NCBI GenBank assembly: GCA_964478715.1
Contig: CAYZIY010000007.1
Location: forward strand, 20,220 to 84,219
DNA length: 64,000 nt
Direction: 5' to 3'
From: an uncultured Planctomycetales bacterium
Lineage (GTDB): Bacteria > Omnitrophota > Gorgyraeia > Zapsychrales > JBDRMG01
Shown here: one piece after another, positions 31,040-41,196 of the stretch
Layout of the letters: every line of letters begins with the position of its first letter
Numbering within the stretch: the stretch's first letter is position 1
The notes under the pieces: generated by a model
What the model was told of the DNA's origin: nothing
The model's database searches: none
Seen by the model: the letters and a program-made list of their open reading frames with translations, nothing else
Translations under genes and position numbers: made by a program

Positions 31040-32446
31040 TTGTTTGATCGGTATAATAAAAGAAAAATGCGAATATTAATATTCATCCTAATAAGCCTAT
31101 TAGTATCAAGCCTCATTCCGGAATACGGCTTTGGGCAAGATTCTTATCCCTACACCATCAAACGTCAAGAAGGTATCTCTCCCACTTATATTTGGCGTGA
31201 AAGTGTTGATTCCCTCAGGCGAAGTGTCGGTCACGTGATCCAGGATTTCGATTTGATTGTCAAAGAGAACGATCTCCTCAAGGAAGAAATTGTGTACATC
31301 CAGAAAGAAATCGAAGACGCCAAAAAAGAAAACGAGAGGTTACGTAATGAGCCTCCTCGATTAAAAAGCCTTATCCGGGAATCGGGGAAAATTATTCAAA
31401 AACTGGAAAATGACAAGAAATTCTTCAATGAGAAAATCAAAACCCTTCAAGATGAAGAGGCTTATTTGACTAAAGAACTCGCCCGTCTCGAAGAAGAAAA
31501 AATAAAATGGAGCCAACAGAAGCAAGATGCGCAAGACAATCAACAAAGCGCCAAGGAAAAATTGGAGTATGCCCGGAATTTGCTTAAGATCGAGATTAGC
31601 GATATGAAGAAAGAGATTGACAATTTGCAATCCGCTATACCGGAAACCCGTCAAGAGATCGAGCAGATTGACCAAAACATTACGCAAAGCAAACAAAAAT
31701 TGGCGGATTTGCAGACAGAGATTCGGGAAATCCAGTCTGGCAATCGGGATATCGAAGGAGAAATCGCTCGAATAAACAGAGAGATGGATATCATCGAACG
31801 CGACATCAACAGGCAACAAACGAAGAATGAACGCTTAAAGTATTCCGAGAATCGATTAACCGATCGTCTCGAAAATGAGCGTCAGAATTGGCAGCAGCAG
31901 CTTGACAATCTTTCTGGAGATCTGCAAGCTGAGCGGGCCGAAATTCCTGAAATTCCAGCGGCTCTTGAGAGGGAAGAAGAAAAGATTAACGAAAGACGCA
32001 AAGACATTCAAGTGGAAATTAACTCCTATCAATCCAAGGTGGCTGATTTAACAGACGCTCTGCAAGACCTGAAGCGGGAAAAAAGCATGGCGGAAGCTCT
32101 TCTGGCCGAGAACCGCCGGGCCCGTCAAGAAACCATGGACCAGGGCGAGGATATTGATCTAACACCGTTTCTGGAATCCCACGAGTTTGATAATATTCAG
32201 GAAGCCATGGCCTATGCCTATGCCCATCAGGATCTTTACGAAAAAGCGATTGAAAAATACAAAGAGGCCTTAGAGGCAGGAGCGGATCCCAAGAATGTTT
32301 ATTTTAATCTCGGGTACATTTATTATCGCATGGGAAATCTGAAATACGCTTTGCATTATTATAAGAAATCTTATGCTCAAGACCGCAGCGACAAGGAAGC
32401 TCTTGCCAATATTGAACTGATCAAACAAGAGATGAGGAACCGCTGA
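31040..32446 (+). CDS. Membrane-anchored coiled-coil protein with C-terminal TPR repeats
   Basis: N-terminal TM/signal, about 300 aa of heptad-rich lysine/glutamate/glutamine sequence, C-terminal TPR-like YEKAIEKYKEALEAGADPKNVYFNLGYIYYRMGNLKYALHYYKKS. Confidence 0.5.
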   Translation: MFDRYNKRKMRILIFILISLLVSSLIPEYGFGQDSYPYTIKRQEGISPTYIWRESVDSLRRSVGHVIQDFDLIVKENDLLKEEIVYIQKEIEDAKKENERLRNEPPRLKSLIRESGKIIQKLENDKKFFNEKIKTLQDEEAYLTKELARLEEEKIKWSQQKQDAQDNQQSAKEKLEYARNLLKIEISDMKKEIDNLQSAIPETRQEIEQIDQNITQSKQKLADLQTEIREIQSGNRDIEGEIARINREMDIIERDINRQQTKNERLKYSENRLTDRLENERQNWQQQLDNLSGDLQAERAEIPEIPAALEREEEKINERRKDIQVEINSYQSKVADLTDALQDLKREKSMAEALLAENRRARQETMDQGEDIDLTPFLESHEFDNIQEAMAYAYAHQDLYEKAIEKYKEALEAGADPKNVYFNLGYIYYRMGNLKYALHYYKKSYAQDRSDKEALANIELIKQEMRNR

Positions 32447-32582
32447 GGCGGCTCTTCGTTTTCCTGCCGAAGAGATGACTGGCCCGGGGAAAGGGCCGGA
32501 ATCAGGGAACCTATTGACGCGAAAGACCCACCTGGGTTACAATAACTTATTCTTGAAAAAGCAATCAATCAAGGGGGATAAT

Positions 32583-33068
32583 ATGGATGAGATACTCGAA
32601 GTTTTAACCCAAGATGCCCGTCGTACATCGGCGGAGATCGCCAGATTAACCGGAAAGACGGAGCAGGCGGTCAAAAAAGCGATCAAAAACTATGAAAAAA
32701 ACGGTACGATTGTGAAATATAAAACCGTGATCAACCGGGAGCTGGCGGAAGATGAGGGTGCTTTTGTCCAGGCGCTGATTGAGGTGAGCATTACCCCGCA
32801 AAAAAATGTCGGATTCGATTATATCGCCGAGAGGATTTACAGCTTTCCGGAAGTCAAGAGCTGCTATCTTCTTTCGGGAACCTATGATTTGCTCTTGATC
32901 GTGGAAGGCCAAAATATCCAGACGGTGGCGAATTTTGTTGCCTCCAAGCTTTCTCCCATGGAAAATGTGAGAGCGACGACCACACATTTTCTATTAAAAA
33001 AATATAAAGAAGACGGACATATTTTGAAAAAATCCAAACCGAAAGGAAGATTAAACATTTCCTATTAA
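32583..33068 (+). CDS. Lrp/AsnC-family transcriptional regulator
   Basis: HTH (ARRTSAEIARLTGKTEQAVKKAIKNYEKNG) plus RAM domain. RBS AAGGGGGATAAT-ATG. The ORF-track start at 32475 is an upstream extension. Confidence 0.8.
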   Translation: MDEILEVLTQDARRTSAEIARLTGKTEQAVKKAIKNYEKNGTIVKYKTVINRELAEDEGAFVQALIEVSITPQKNVGFDYIAERIYSFPEVKSCYLLSGTYDLLLIVEGQNIQTVANFVASKLSPMENVRATTTHFLLKKYKEDGHILKKSKPKGRLNISY

Positions 33069-33091
33069 TCTACGATTATTAAGGATTTCTA

Positions 33092-34249
33092 TTGATGGTG
33101 ATATCAAAAAAAGTAAATCAAATCCCCCCGTCGGGCATTCGGGAATTCTTCGATCTGGTTTTAACAATGAAAAATGTCATTTCGTTGGGCGTCGGAGAGC
33201 CTGATTTCGTGACCCCCTGGCGAATCAGGGAAAAAGCCATTTATGCGATCGAAAAGGGATATACGTCTTACACATCCAACCAGGGATTGATTGAGCTAAG
33301 AACACAAATTGCCTCTTTTCTGCGTCATCGCTACGGAATATCTTACAATCCTCAAAACGAAATTTTAATTACGGTTGGAGTGAGCGAAGGCATGGATTTG
33401 GTTGTGCGCTCTCTTGTTGATCCCGGCGATAAAGTGATGATCCCTCAGCCGTGCTATGTTTCCTATGCGCCCGAAGTGGAACTGGCCGGCGGAAAGCCTG
33501 TTACCATTGAGACCAGTGCCGATAACGGCTTTAAATGTACGCCTGAACTTGTTAAAAAAAGCTATCGAGAAGGCGTTAAGGCTCTTATCCTGAACTATCC
33601 GGCCAATCCAACGGGAACGTCTTATTCTAAGAAAGAACTTAGCGACCTGTGCAGGATTTTTAAAAAACTTAATCTTTTTGTGATTAGCGATGAAATTTAT
33701 GATGAATTGACTTATGATTTTCAGCACATTCCGCTGGCCGTATTTCCGGGGATGAAAGAGAGAGTGATTACTCTCAATGGTTTTTCCAAAGGATACGCGA
33801 TGACAGGTTTTCGAATCGGGTGGGCTTGCGGGAACCGCCAAATTATTTCGGCGATGACAAAAATCCATCAATATACCATGATGTGCGTTCCTATCATAAG
33901 CCAAATGGCCGGCATCGAGGCCCTCAAGCATGGACAGCGCGATGTCGCTGACATGAAAAGGGAATATATGCGACGCCGGCGGTTCATTGTCGCTGCCTTA
34001 AATGACATCGGCCTGGATTGCCATATGCCGCAGGGGGCTTTCTATGCCTTTCCGTCTATTAAAAGGACAAAAATGAAATCTTTGGATTTTGCCAAAGATC
34101 TTCTAAAAGAACAAAAAGTCGCCCTCGTGCCTGGCGTGGCCTTTGGGCCTTCAGCTGAAGGATATGTCAGGATTTCTTACGCTTCCAGTTATGAAAATCT
34201 CAAAGAAGCTGTTTCAAGAATTGACCGCTATCTTCAAAGAAAAAAATAG
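33092..34249 (+). CDS. Class I/II pyridoxal-phosphate aminotransferase (aspartate/aromatic family)
   Basis: GVGEPDF, NPTGT and SFSKGYAMTGFRIGW (PLP lysine) motifs. Confidence 0.85.
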   Translation: MMVISKKVNQIPPSGIREFFDLVLTMKNVISLGVGEPDFVTPWRIREKAIYAIEKGYTSYTSNQGLIELRTQIASFLRHRYGISYNPQNEILITVGVSEGMDLVVRSLVDPGDKVMIPQPCYVSYAPEVELAGGKPVTIETSADNGFKCTPELVKKSYREGVKALILNYPANPTGTSYSKKELSDLCRIFKKLNLFVISDEIYDELTYDFQHIPLAVFPGMKERVITLNGFSKGYAMTGFRIGWACGNRQIISAMTKIHQYTMMCVPIISQMAGIEALKHGQRDVADMKREYMRRRRFIVAALNDIGLDCHMPQGAFYAFPSIKRTKMKSLDFAKDLLKEQKVALVPGVAFGPSAEGYVRISYASSYENLKEAVSRIDRYLQRKK

Positions 34250-34263
34250 GGTGGCATCATCTC

Positions 34264-34656
34264 ATGAGGAATCCGCATAAAAAAACAGAAGATCTCGACT
34301 TTGAAATTTCTTTTTATGAAGGAATTATAAGAAATTCTCCCGGCTTTGTTCAGGCCTTGGCCGCCTTGGGGGATCTCTATACTAAGGCTGGACGCTATCA
34401 ACAGGGATTGGCTATTGATCAACGGTTGATTCTTCTTTGTCCCGACGATCCGATTGTGCACTATAATCTGGCCTGCAGCTATTCACTCTGCGGGAATTTG
34501 CCTCAAGCCTTGGAGGCCTTAAAGAGGGCTGTCGAATTTGGCTATGATGATTTTAAATATATGATGAAAGATGAAGACTTGAAGTCTTTAATGGAAGATT
34601 CTCAATTCAAGGACTTCATTCAGAAAATGGCCACGCAGAAAAACATGCAATTATGA
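34264..34656 (+). CDS. TPR-repeat protein (130 aa)
   Basis: Tandem TPR-like helices (ALAALGDLYTKAGRYQQGL..., HYNLACSYSLCGNLPQALEALKRAVEFGY). Confidence 0.5.
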   Translation: MRNPHKKTEDLDFEISFYEGIIRNSPGFVQALAALGDLYTKAGRYQQGLAIDQRLILLCPDDPIVHYNLACSYSLCGNLPQALEALKRAVEFGYDDFKYMMKDEDLKSLMEDSQFKDFIQKMATQKNMQL

Positions 34657-35786
34657 CACAAGCCAATCAGCATCCCGAAGCCAAACAGTATCATGCGATC
34701 AAAAACCGTCTGTTTTTTGTTCATTTAGGCCTTAATGTCTTATTTCTTGTTCTATTTTTCTTAAGCGGTTTTAGTGAACAAATTCGCTCAATGGCTTTTG
34801 GTTTGAGCAACAATTATTATTTGGGTAATGCGATTTATTTGATGGGTTTCTTTGCCATCCTTTTACTCATCAATCTTCCTTTAGATATCTATGAGGGATT
34901 TTTTCTGGAACATCGCTACCAGCTTTCTAACCAGGCTTTTTTATCCTGGTCAATCGATGAAATGAAAAAGGCCCTTTTAAGCGGCCTGATTATGTTGATT
35001 GCCATTGAAGTTGTATATTTCTTCCTACGAGCTTTTCCCAATCAGTGGTGGCTGTTAGCGACTTTTTTCTGGCTTTTCTTTAGCTTGATTCTGGCCCGTT
35101 TGGTGCCCACTGTTATTCTTCCTCTGTTTTACAAATATAAAGATTTCGACAATGCGCAAATTAAGGGGCGCATTATCAGTCTTTTTCAGAAAGTCGGTCT
35201 GAAGCTGAAAGATATCTATCTTATCGATTTCTCATCCAAGACAAAGAAGGTTAATGCCATGGTCTGCGGCCTGGGGCGCAATCGGCGGGTTATTTTAACC
35301 GATAATCTTTTAAATCTCTTCAGCGACGGAGAGATTGAGAGCATTGTGGCTCATGAAATGGGTCATTATGTTCACAAGGATATCATCAAATTAACAGCTT
35401 TTAATACATTGTTGACCTTTGGCAGTTTTTATCTGATGAATTTGGTTTTAAAACATACATTGAAATTTACACATATCAGTTCTGTCGATGATATTGCCTT
35501 TTTGCCTGTCATGGCCCTGGTTTTTCTTCTGTTTAGTTTTCTGATGATGCCGCTAGCCAATGCTTTCAGCCGTTTTCTGGAAGAGCAGGCCGATCGGTAT
35601 TCTCTTTTCTTGACGCAGAATGCGAAAGATTTCATGGCGGCCTTTGAGAAGCTGGGAGAGATGAATTTATCTGAATTCCAGCCCTCGGCCTTGGTAGAAA
35701 TGCTGTTTTATGACCACCCCCCGCTATCTAAGCGAATCCAAATGTGCCGGAAATTTCAGAATCAAGCATTGCATCCGAATTTATGA
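34653..35786 (+). CDS. M48-family (Ste24/HtpX-like) integral-membrane zinc metalloprotease
   Basis: Multi-TM with HEMGHYVHKD (HExxH) and downstream E in LEEQADRYS. Confidence 0.8.
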   Translation: MTQANQHPEAKQYHAIKNRLFFVHLGLNVLFLVLFFLSGFSEQIRSMAFGLSNNYYLGNAIYLMGFFAILLLINLPLDIYEGFFLEHRYQLSNQAFLSWSIDEMKKALLSGLIMLIAIEVVYFFLRAFPNQWWLLATFFWLFFSLILARLVPTVILPLFYKYKDFDNAQIKGRIISLFQKVGLKLKDIYLIDFSSKTKKVNAMVCGLGRNRRVILTDNLLNLFSDGEIESIVAHEMGHYVHKDIIKLTAFNTLLTFGSFYLMNLVLKHTLKFTHISSVDDIAFLPVMALVFLLFSFLMMPLANAFSRFLEEQADRYSLFLTQNAKDFMAAFEKLGEMNLSEFQPSALVEMLFYDHPPLSKRIQMCRKFQNQALHPNL

Positions 35787-37786
35787 ATCGCTTAAAGCAA
35801 AAAGTTGAGAATGAAAAAAGACGCTATCTGCGGCTTGCGCATGTTTATCCTGTGGAATTTGCTTTTTGCAATTTGCAGGGCCAACTCATTTCTTCCTGGC
35901 AGCAGGGTTTTACCTGCAATATCAGTCAGGGCGGTATTTGTCTTAATGCGCAGGCCAGTTCTCTGGTAGTCGATCATCTAAAGGAAGAAAAAGAGCGTTA
36001 TCTTCGGCTCAAGATCAGTATTCCGCTTTTCTCTCCGCCGGTTGAGGCATTTTCTAAGGTTGCCTGGATGGCTCAGCAGACTGAATCTTATCCGAGAGGA
36101 TTTCTTATCGGTCTGCAGTTTTTGGAGATCCAGAAATCGCAAGCTAGACGGATGCTTAGATATGCGCGGATTATTAAACGCACGCCTCTGGTGATGGCCG
36201 CATTTATCTGTATTTTGTTTACTTTTCTAGCCGGGCATACCTACATGAATTATCGTCTGCGGATAAGTAATGAAGAACTGGTTCAGCAGTTTGTGTTCTT
36301 GCAAAGCGACCAGACGAAAAACCAGAACCGCCTGAAGACCATTCAAGGTGAGAAAACACTTCTGGCAGAAACCATCAATGATTATAATGCTGATATTCGC
36401 GATCTCAAGCGGGGGCTTGATCGCGCTCTTGGCGAAATTAATAGAAAGACACAGAACCAGAAAGTATTGCGCGATCAAGCCAATCAGCTGACACGAACTA
36501 TCGCCGAGCTTCAAACCAGGATTCAGCTTTTGGAGAGTGAAAAGGCCCCTTTAGCCAATCAGCTTGAGATTCTTGTGAAAAACGAAGAAATGATCCAGGA
36601 CCGATTAAGACTCATGGAAAGAAATAAGCGGGACTTAGAGAATGAAATTGTTGCCCAGATGATTCAGTGGCTTAAAAATCATCAAAATCAGTCGACTGGA
36701 CTGATTTCGAGTTTCGAGGGGCCGGTCGGTATCATCAAGCATTGGGCTTTTATTTACGATCAGGCCCTGGCCGCGAATGTCTTTCTTATTGATAATGATC
36801 TTAAGGCTTGCAAAAAGATTCTCAATTTCTTTGCCCGGAAAATGCAAAACGATTTTAATGGTTTTCATAATGCCTATTACAGCGATACTGAAGATATTGC
36901 CGAATTTACGATTCACAGCGGTCCCAATATTTGGGCTGGCATGGCTATTGCCCAGTATGCGGATCAAACAGGAGATCGCCAGTATTTGCCTTTGGCGCAA
37001 AAGATTGCCGATTGGCTTATTGCTTTACAGGAACAGGATAAAGACGGAGGTTTACGCGGAGGACCGGACGTTTTCTGGTATGCAACTGAGCATAATCTAG
37101 ATGCCTATGCTTTTCTTGACATGATGGCGAAGCTGACCGGTGAGGAAAAATATTATTTGGCCCAGAAAAAGATTTTGAGCTGGCTTGAAAAACATGCCAT
37201 GGTGGCTCATGAAAACGATCACCGCAAGCCGCCGGTAAAAAGAGGCCGCGGAGACGCCACAATCGCCACCGACACATTTGCCTGGTCCCTGGCTGCGATC
37301 GGCCCTCCCGTCTTGAGACAATTACAGATGGATCCTGAGGCGATCATGGCATTTGCCGAAAAACACTGCAAAGTCCAAACAAGATTTCGCCGACCCAGCG
37401 GAGTAGTTATTGATGTAGAAGGTTTTGATTTTTCCAAACCGGCTCATGTGGCTCGCGGTGGCATTCTTTCTCCGGAATGGACTTCTCAGATGATTGTCTC
37501 GTTTCAAATTTTGGCCGATGATTTCCAAAAGGAAAATGATTTAACCAAGACTGTTTTTTACCGTCAAAAAGCCGTCCACTATCTCAATGAACTCAATAAA
37601 CTGATTATATCGAGTCCTTCTCCGCGCGGGTTGGGTGAAGGATGTCTTCCTTATGCGACTGTCCCGCAGGCTGATACAGGTCACGGCTGGCGCACGCCCA
37701 AAGGGACAGATACCGGATCGATCGCTGGTACGGCCTATATGATTATGGCTATTTATGGCTACAATCCGTTGGAGCTGGGAGGCTAA
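35783..37786 (+). CDS. PilZ-domain / TM / coiled-coil / (alpha/alpha)6-barrel-like multidomain protein
   Basis: N-terminal RRYLRL...NISQGGICL (PilZ RxxxR and D/NxSxGG), a second PilZ-like half, a TM helix, about 150 aa of coiled coil, and a C-terminal region with six-hairpin-glycosidase-like composition. ATGA overlap with the M48 gene. Confidence 0.5.
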   Translation: MNRLKQKVENEKRRYLRLAHVYPVEFAFCNLQGQLISSWQQGFTCNISQGGICLNAQASSLVVDHLKEEKERYLRLKISIPLFSPPVEAFSKVAWMAQQTESYPRGFLIGLQFLEIQKSQARRMLRYARIIKRTPLVMAAFICILFTFLAGHTYMNYRLRISNEELVQQFVFLQSDQTKNQNRLKTIQGEKTLLAETINDYNADIRDLKRGLDRALGEINRKTQNQKVLRDQANQLTRTIAELQTRIQLLESEKAPLANQLEILVKNEEMIQDRLRLMERNKRDLENEIVAQMIQWLKNHQNQSTGLISSFEGPVGIIKHWAFIYDQALAANVFLIDNDLKACKKILNFFARKMQNDFNGFHNAYYSDTEDIAEFTIHSGPNIWAGMAIAQYADQTGDRQYLPLAQKIADWLIALQEQDKDGGLRGGPDVFWYATEHNLDAYAFLDMMAKLTGEEKYYLAQKKILSWLEKHAMVAHENDHRKPPVKRGRGDATIATDTFAWSLAAIGPPVLRQLQMDPEAIMAFAEKHCKVQTRFRRPSGVVIDVEGFDFSKPAHVARGGILSPEWTSQMIVSFQILADDFQKENDLTKTVFYRQKAVHYLNELNKLIISSPSPRGLGEGCLPYATVPQADTGHGWRTPKGTDTGSIAGTAYMIMAIYGYNPLELGG

Positions 37787-40606
37787 ATGCGAAAGAAGGA
37801 AATAACAGAAAATTTAACTATGTGTTTGTTTGCGATTTTTTTTCTGTCTAGCGCAAAACCTCTCATGGCCTTTGAGCATCCTGCTTATACAATCAAGGCC
37901 CAACTGGATGTCTCAAGCAAACAGCTTGAGGTTCAACAAAAGGTTCGTTTCAGTAATCAATCGGCTAGAGCAGTCGAAGCCATCTATTTCCATGTTTATC
38001 CCAACCGAATTTTCTCAAAGGCCGAAAAAGTTTTCATGCAGCAGTATGCCAGTTATTTCAAAGTTGATCCCTTTCCGGATGGTTTTCAGCAGGGAAAGGT
38101 GGTATTCGGTTCGATTTTCGCAGAAAACCGGAATCTAAACTTTTCTTACGAAGGCGAAGATCAAACGCTTCTGAAAGTCGAATTGGACCAAGTTCTGGCA
38201 CCCGGTTCATCCGTAGAGGTCAATATGGAATATCAGCTAAGAATTCCCCATTCCTACGGTCGTTTTGGCTGGCATAATGATATTATTGCTCTCTCGCGAT
38301 TTTATCCGATTTTAGCTGTTTTATCCGATGAGGGATGGAATAAAAATCCATTCTATCCCTTTCACCGGCCCTTTTATTCTGAAGCCGCTTATTATCAGGT
38401 GCAACTGACTATGCCGTCCTCATGGGAAGCGATTCATAGCGGGGTTCTCAAAAAAGAAAAACAAAACGGCGCCAATAAACAGCTCGTGATTGAATCGGAC
38501 CATCCTATTCGCGAATTTACTGTTGCGCTAAGCCCTGATTACCGTTTAATCGAAAAAAAAATTGAGGGTGTTACGGTGAAGTCGTTTTACCTTCCAGGTG
38601 ATCGAGACCGTGCCAGTGAGGCCCTTTCCCATGCCGCGGATCTTATGAAATTTTATGCGGATCTTTTCAAACCTTATCCTTATGCGCAATTTAGCATCGC
38701 GCCGGTTTATCTGGGTTATGGTGGAGAACAGATGTCCAATATGATCTTGATCGATACCCGGGTTTATCAACTCCCCAGAATTCTCGATCGCCATTTCGAA
38801 TTTTTGATTGCGCACGAAACCGGTCATCAATGGTTTTATAATCTGGTGGGGATTGACGAGTTTCATCACATGTGGCTGGAAGAAGGGGTCAATTCCTATT
38901 TTATTTTGCAATATCTCGAAGATAAATACGGAGACAATGCGAAAGTCATCGAATGGCCCAGGCCGCTTGAGTGGTTTCTGCCCAGTTTTTCTTTCCGGCG
39001 CGCTCGCGATTTCCGATATAAAATGATTGCCCGCACGAAGATGAATTATTCGCTCTCCGGAAAACTATCGAGCTTCAAAGAGCCCAGCAGTATTTTTTCG
39101 ATTGCTTATGGAAAAGGATCGGCGGTTGTGGCTATGCTCAAAAGCGTTGCGGGCAGAGAGGCTTTTAGGAAAATTTTCCAGAGAATTTTTAAGCAATATT
39201 CCTATAGGAATCTTAGCTTGAGAGAATTTCAAGATATCTGCCATCATGAAAGCCAAATAGATTTGGAATATTTCTTTGATCAATGGTTGACGACTACCCA
39301 TAACTGTGATTATGCGGTCAATGGCATCAAAGACGCGAAGGTATTGATTGAAAACAGAGCCTCAATCGAAATGCCGCTTGATGTAAGAATCGATTATCAG
39401 GACGGGAATTCAAAGACAATCCAAACCGGCTTTGATGATCAGGTCAAAAATGTATTTGTCAATCCGCGAAAAAAAATTAAGAGAATTATTCTGGATCCGC
39501 AAAAAGAAATCTTGGATATTGACCGTACCAATAATATTTGGCCGCGACGTATTCACATCAAGGTGGTGCCTTTGTATTTGCCTGTTCACGATTTAGCCAT
39601 CACGCTTCCCGAAGATTCTTATAATGTGGTGATCGGTCCTGAGACAAGCGGCGGCGGCTTAGGCTTAAAGGCCTCTTTGCAGAAACCCATGGACTGGATG
39701 AGTTATGCGGCGACAACGTATGAATTCCGTGAGAGCATCCAGCACACTCGAGGGGGCTTTGTGCTCAAGAATGTCGCCCATCAGATGAATTCTCTAGGAT
39801 TTGAACTATTCAATAAATCCGATTATGACGGCGGTGATCAGGATTTGGTCGGCGGGAAGGTTTTTTTCAGAAGAGAATTAAAACTGGCTGCCTATAGCCT
39901 GAGTGATCTCAATGATCATGTGAGCCTTTATTTTCTGCGCAATCAGAGCCTCAATCGCGGGGCCTTAAGCGCGCAGGAAGATGAGCGCAATATTTCTTAT
40001 TTGAAAAAGAATGAAGCGATTTGGGGTACGGCGCTTCATCTGGCTTCCTGTGGGCCTCATCCGGATCCGCGTCAGGGCTATCGGGCCGATCTTATTTTAG
40101 AGAACTCAAACCATATTCTGGGAGGCACACAGTTCTTTTACAGAGGATCGGCAGATTTCAGTTATTACTATCCGTTGGCATTTAAATCCAAGCTGGCTTT
40201 TCGTCTGAAATACGGCTGGGGGTTTCCCGACGATAAAAATCTCTATGAACTCGGAGGATGGGACGGGTTAAGAGGATATGACCGTAAGACTTTGCGCGGC
40301 TCGCATGTGGCCCTGGGCGCTTTAGAGCTTCGTTTTCCGCTTCTTCAGAATATCAATGTATCTTTTGCGGATAATATTTTGCGGCTGGATGAAATCTCGG
40401 GCGTTGTTTTTGCCGAGACCGGCCAGAATTGGTTTGATGATATGGATGAAACAACTTTAAGAAAAGATGCCGGCGGGGGACTGCGTTTTATTTTCAGTGT
40501 CGGTTCATTTCTTGAAAAAGTGATGGTTCGAGTGGATGTGGCCCAGGCGATTAATGACAGCAGCGAAGAGACAAAAGTGTGGGCTGGCGTGAATCATGCT
40601 TTCTAA
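37787..40606 (+). CDS. Secreted M1-family zinc aminopeptidase domain fused to a C-terminal Omp85/bacterial-surface-antigen beta-barrel
   Basis: Signal peptide. HETGHQWFYNLVGIDEFHHMWLEEG equals the gluzincin HExxH-x18-E with WLxEG. The C-terminal block YYPLAFKSKLAFRLKYGWGF...ELGGWDGLRGY...ALELRFPL matches the PF01103 barrel motifs. Confidence 0.6.
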   Translation: MRKKEITENLTMCLFAIFFLSSAKPLMAFEHPAYTIKAQLDVSSKQLEVQQKVRFSNQSARAVEAIYFHVYPNRIFSKAEKVFMQQYASYFKVDPFPDGFQQGKVVFGSIFAENRNLNFSYEGEDQTLLKVELDQVLAPGSSVEVNMEYQLRIPHSYGRFGWHNDIIALSRFYPILAVLSDEGWNKNPFYPFHRPFYSEAAYYQVQLTMPSSWEAIHSGVLKKEKQNGANKQLVIESDHPIREFTVALSPDYRLIEKKIEGVTVKSFYLPGDRDRASEALSHAADLMKFYADLFKPYPYAQFSIAPVYLGYGGEQMSNMILIDTRVYQLPRILDRHFEFLIAHETGHQWFYNLVGIDEFHHMWLEEGVNSYFILQYLEDKYGDNAKVIEWPRPLEWFLPSFSFRRARDFRYKMIARTKMNYSLSGKLSSFKEPSSIFSIAYGKGSAVVAMLKSVAGREAFRKIFQRIFKQYSYRNLSLREFQDICHHESQIDLEYFFDQWLTTTHNCDYAVNGIKDAKVLIENRASIEMPLDVRIDYQDGNSKTIQTGFDDQVKNVFVNPRKKIKRIILDPQKEILDIDRTNNIWPRRIHIKVVPLYLPVHDLAITLPEDSYNVVIGPETSGGGLGLKASLQKPMDWMSYAATTYEFRESIQHTRGGFVLKNVAHQMNSLGFELFNKSDYDGGDQDLVGGKVFFRRELKLAAYSLSDLNDHVSLYFLRNQSLNRGALSAQEDERNISYLKKNEAIWGTALHLASCGPHPDPRQGYRADLILENSNHILGGTQFFYRGSADFSYYYPLAFKSKLAFRLKYGWGFPDDKNLYELGGWDGLRGYDRKTLRGSHVALGALELRFPLLQNINVSFADNILRLDEISGVVFAETGQNWFDDMDETTLRKDAGGGLRFIFSVGSFLEKVMVRVDVAQAINDSSEETKVWAGVNHAF

Positions 40607-40720
40607 ATGAGGACACAGCTTGCGGATTTCTTGTGCAGATTACTTGTGATCTTTCGCTTCCTGAATGCCAGCAGGCGCTCGCTTTATAAGTAACGAGCTG
40701 ATCGAAGGGAGAATGGAATT

Positions 40721-41137
40721 ATGAAGTCATATCGCGAAGAACTCTGGTTTAATACAAAGTCTCGTCGAGACTATATCAATATAACCGATACAGTGCAAGG
40801 CATTGTGACCAAAAGCGGCATCCAGGAAGGCTTGGTTTTGGTCAATGCCATGCATATCACGGCCAGTGTTTATATTAATGATGATGAAAGCGGATTGATC
40901 CAGGATTTTGACGACTGGCTGGAAGGATTGGCTCCGCATGAACCGGTGACGCACTATCGTCATAATGTCGGTGAGGATAACGGCGATGCCCACTGCAAAC
41001 GCCAGATCATGGGCCGTGAAGTAGTGGTAGCTGTTACCAAAGGCAAGCTGGATTTCGGCCCTTGGGAACAGATTTTTTACGGGGAGTTCGACGGCAGAAG
41101 ACGTAAAAGAGTCCTTGTGAAAGTCATCGGAGAATAA
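40721..41137 (+). CDS. YjbQ/UPF0047 family protein (second paralogue)
   Basis: Same family pattern as 26164-26580 ([21 protein letters not shown]...[11 protein letters not shown]). Confidence 0.8.
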   Translation: MKSYREELWFNTKSRRDYINITDTVQGIVTKSGIQEGLVLVNAMHITASVYINDDESGLIQDFDDWLEGLAPHEPVTHYRHNVGEDNGDAHCKRQIMGREVVVAVTKGKLDFGPWEQIFYGEFDGRRRKRVLVKVIGE

Positions 41138-41196
41138 GGACAGGGAATTTTTTATTTGCATGAATGAAAGACGATAGATAAAATGGGAGTATATTT

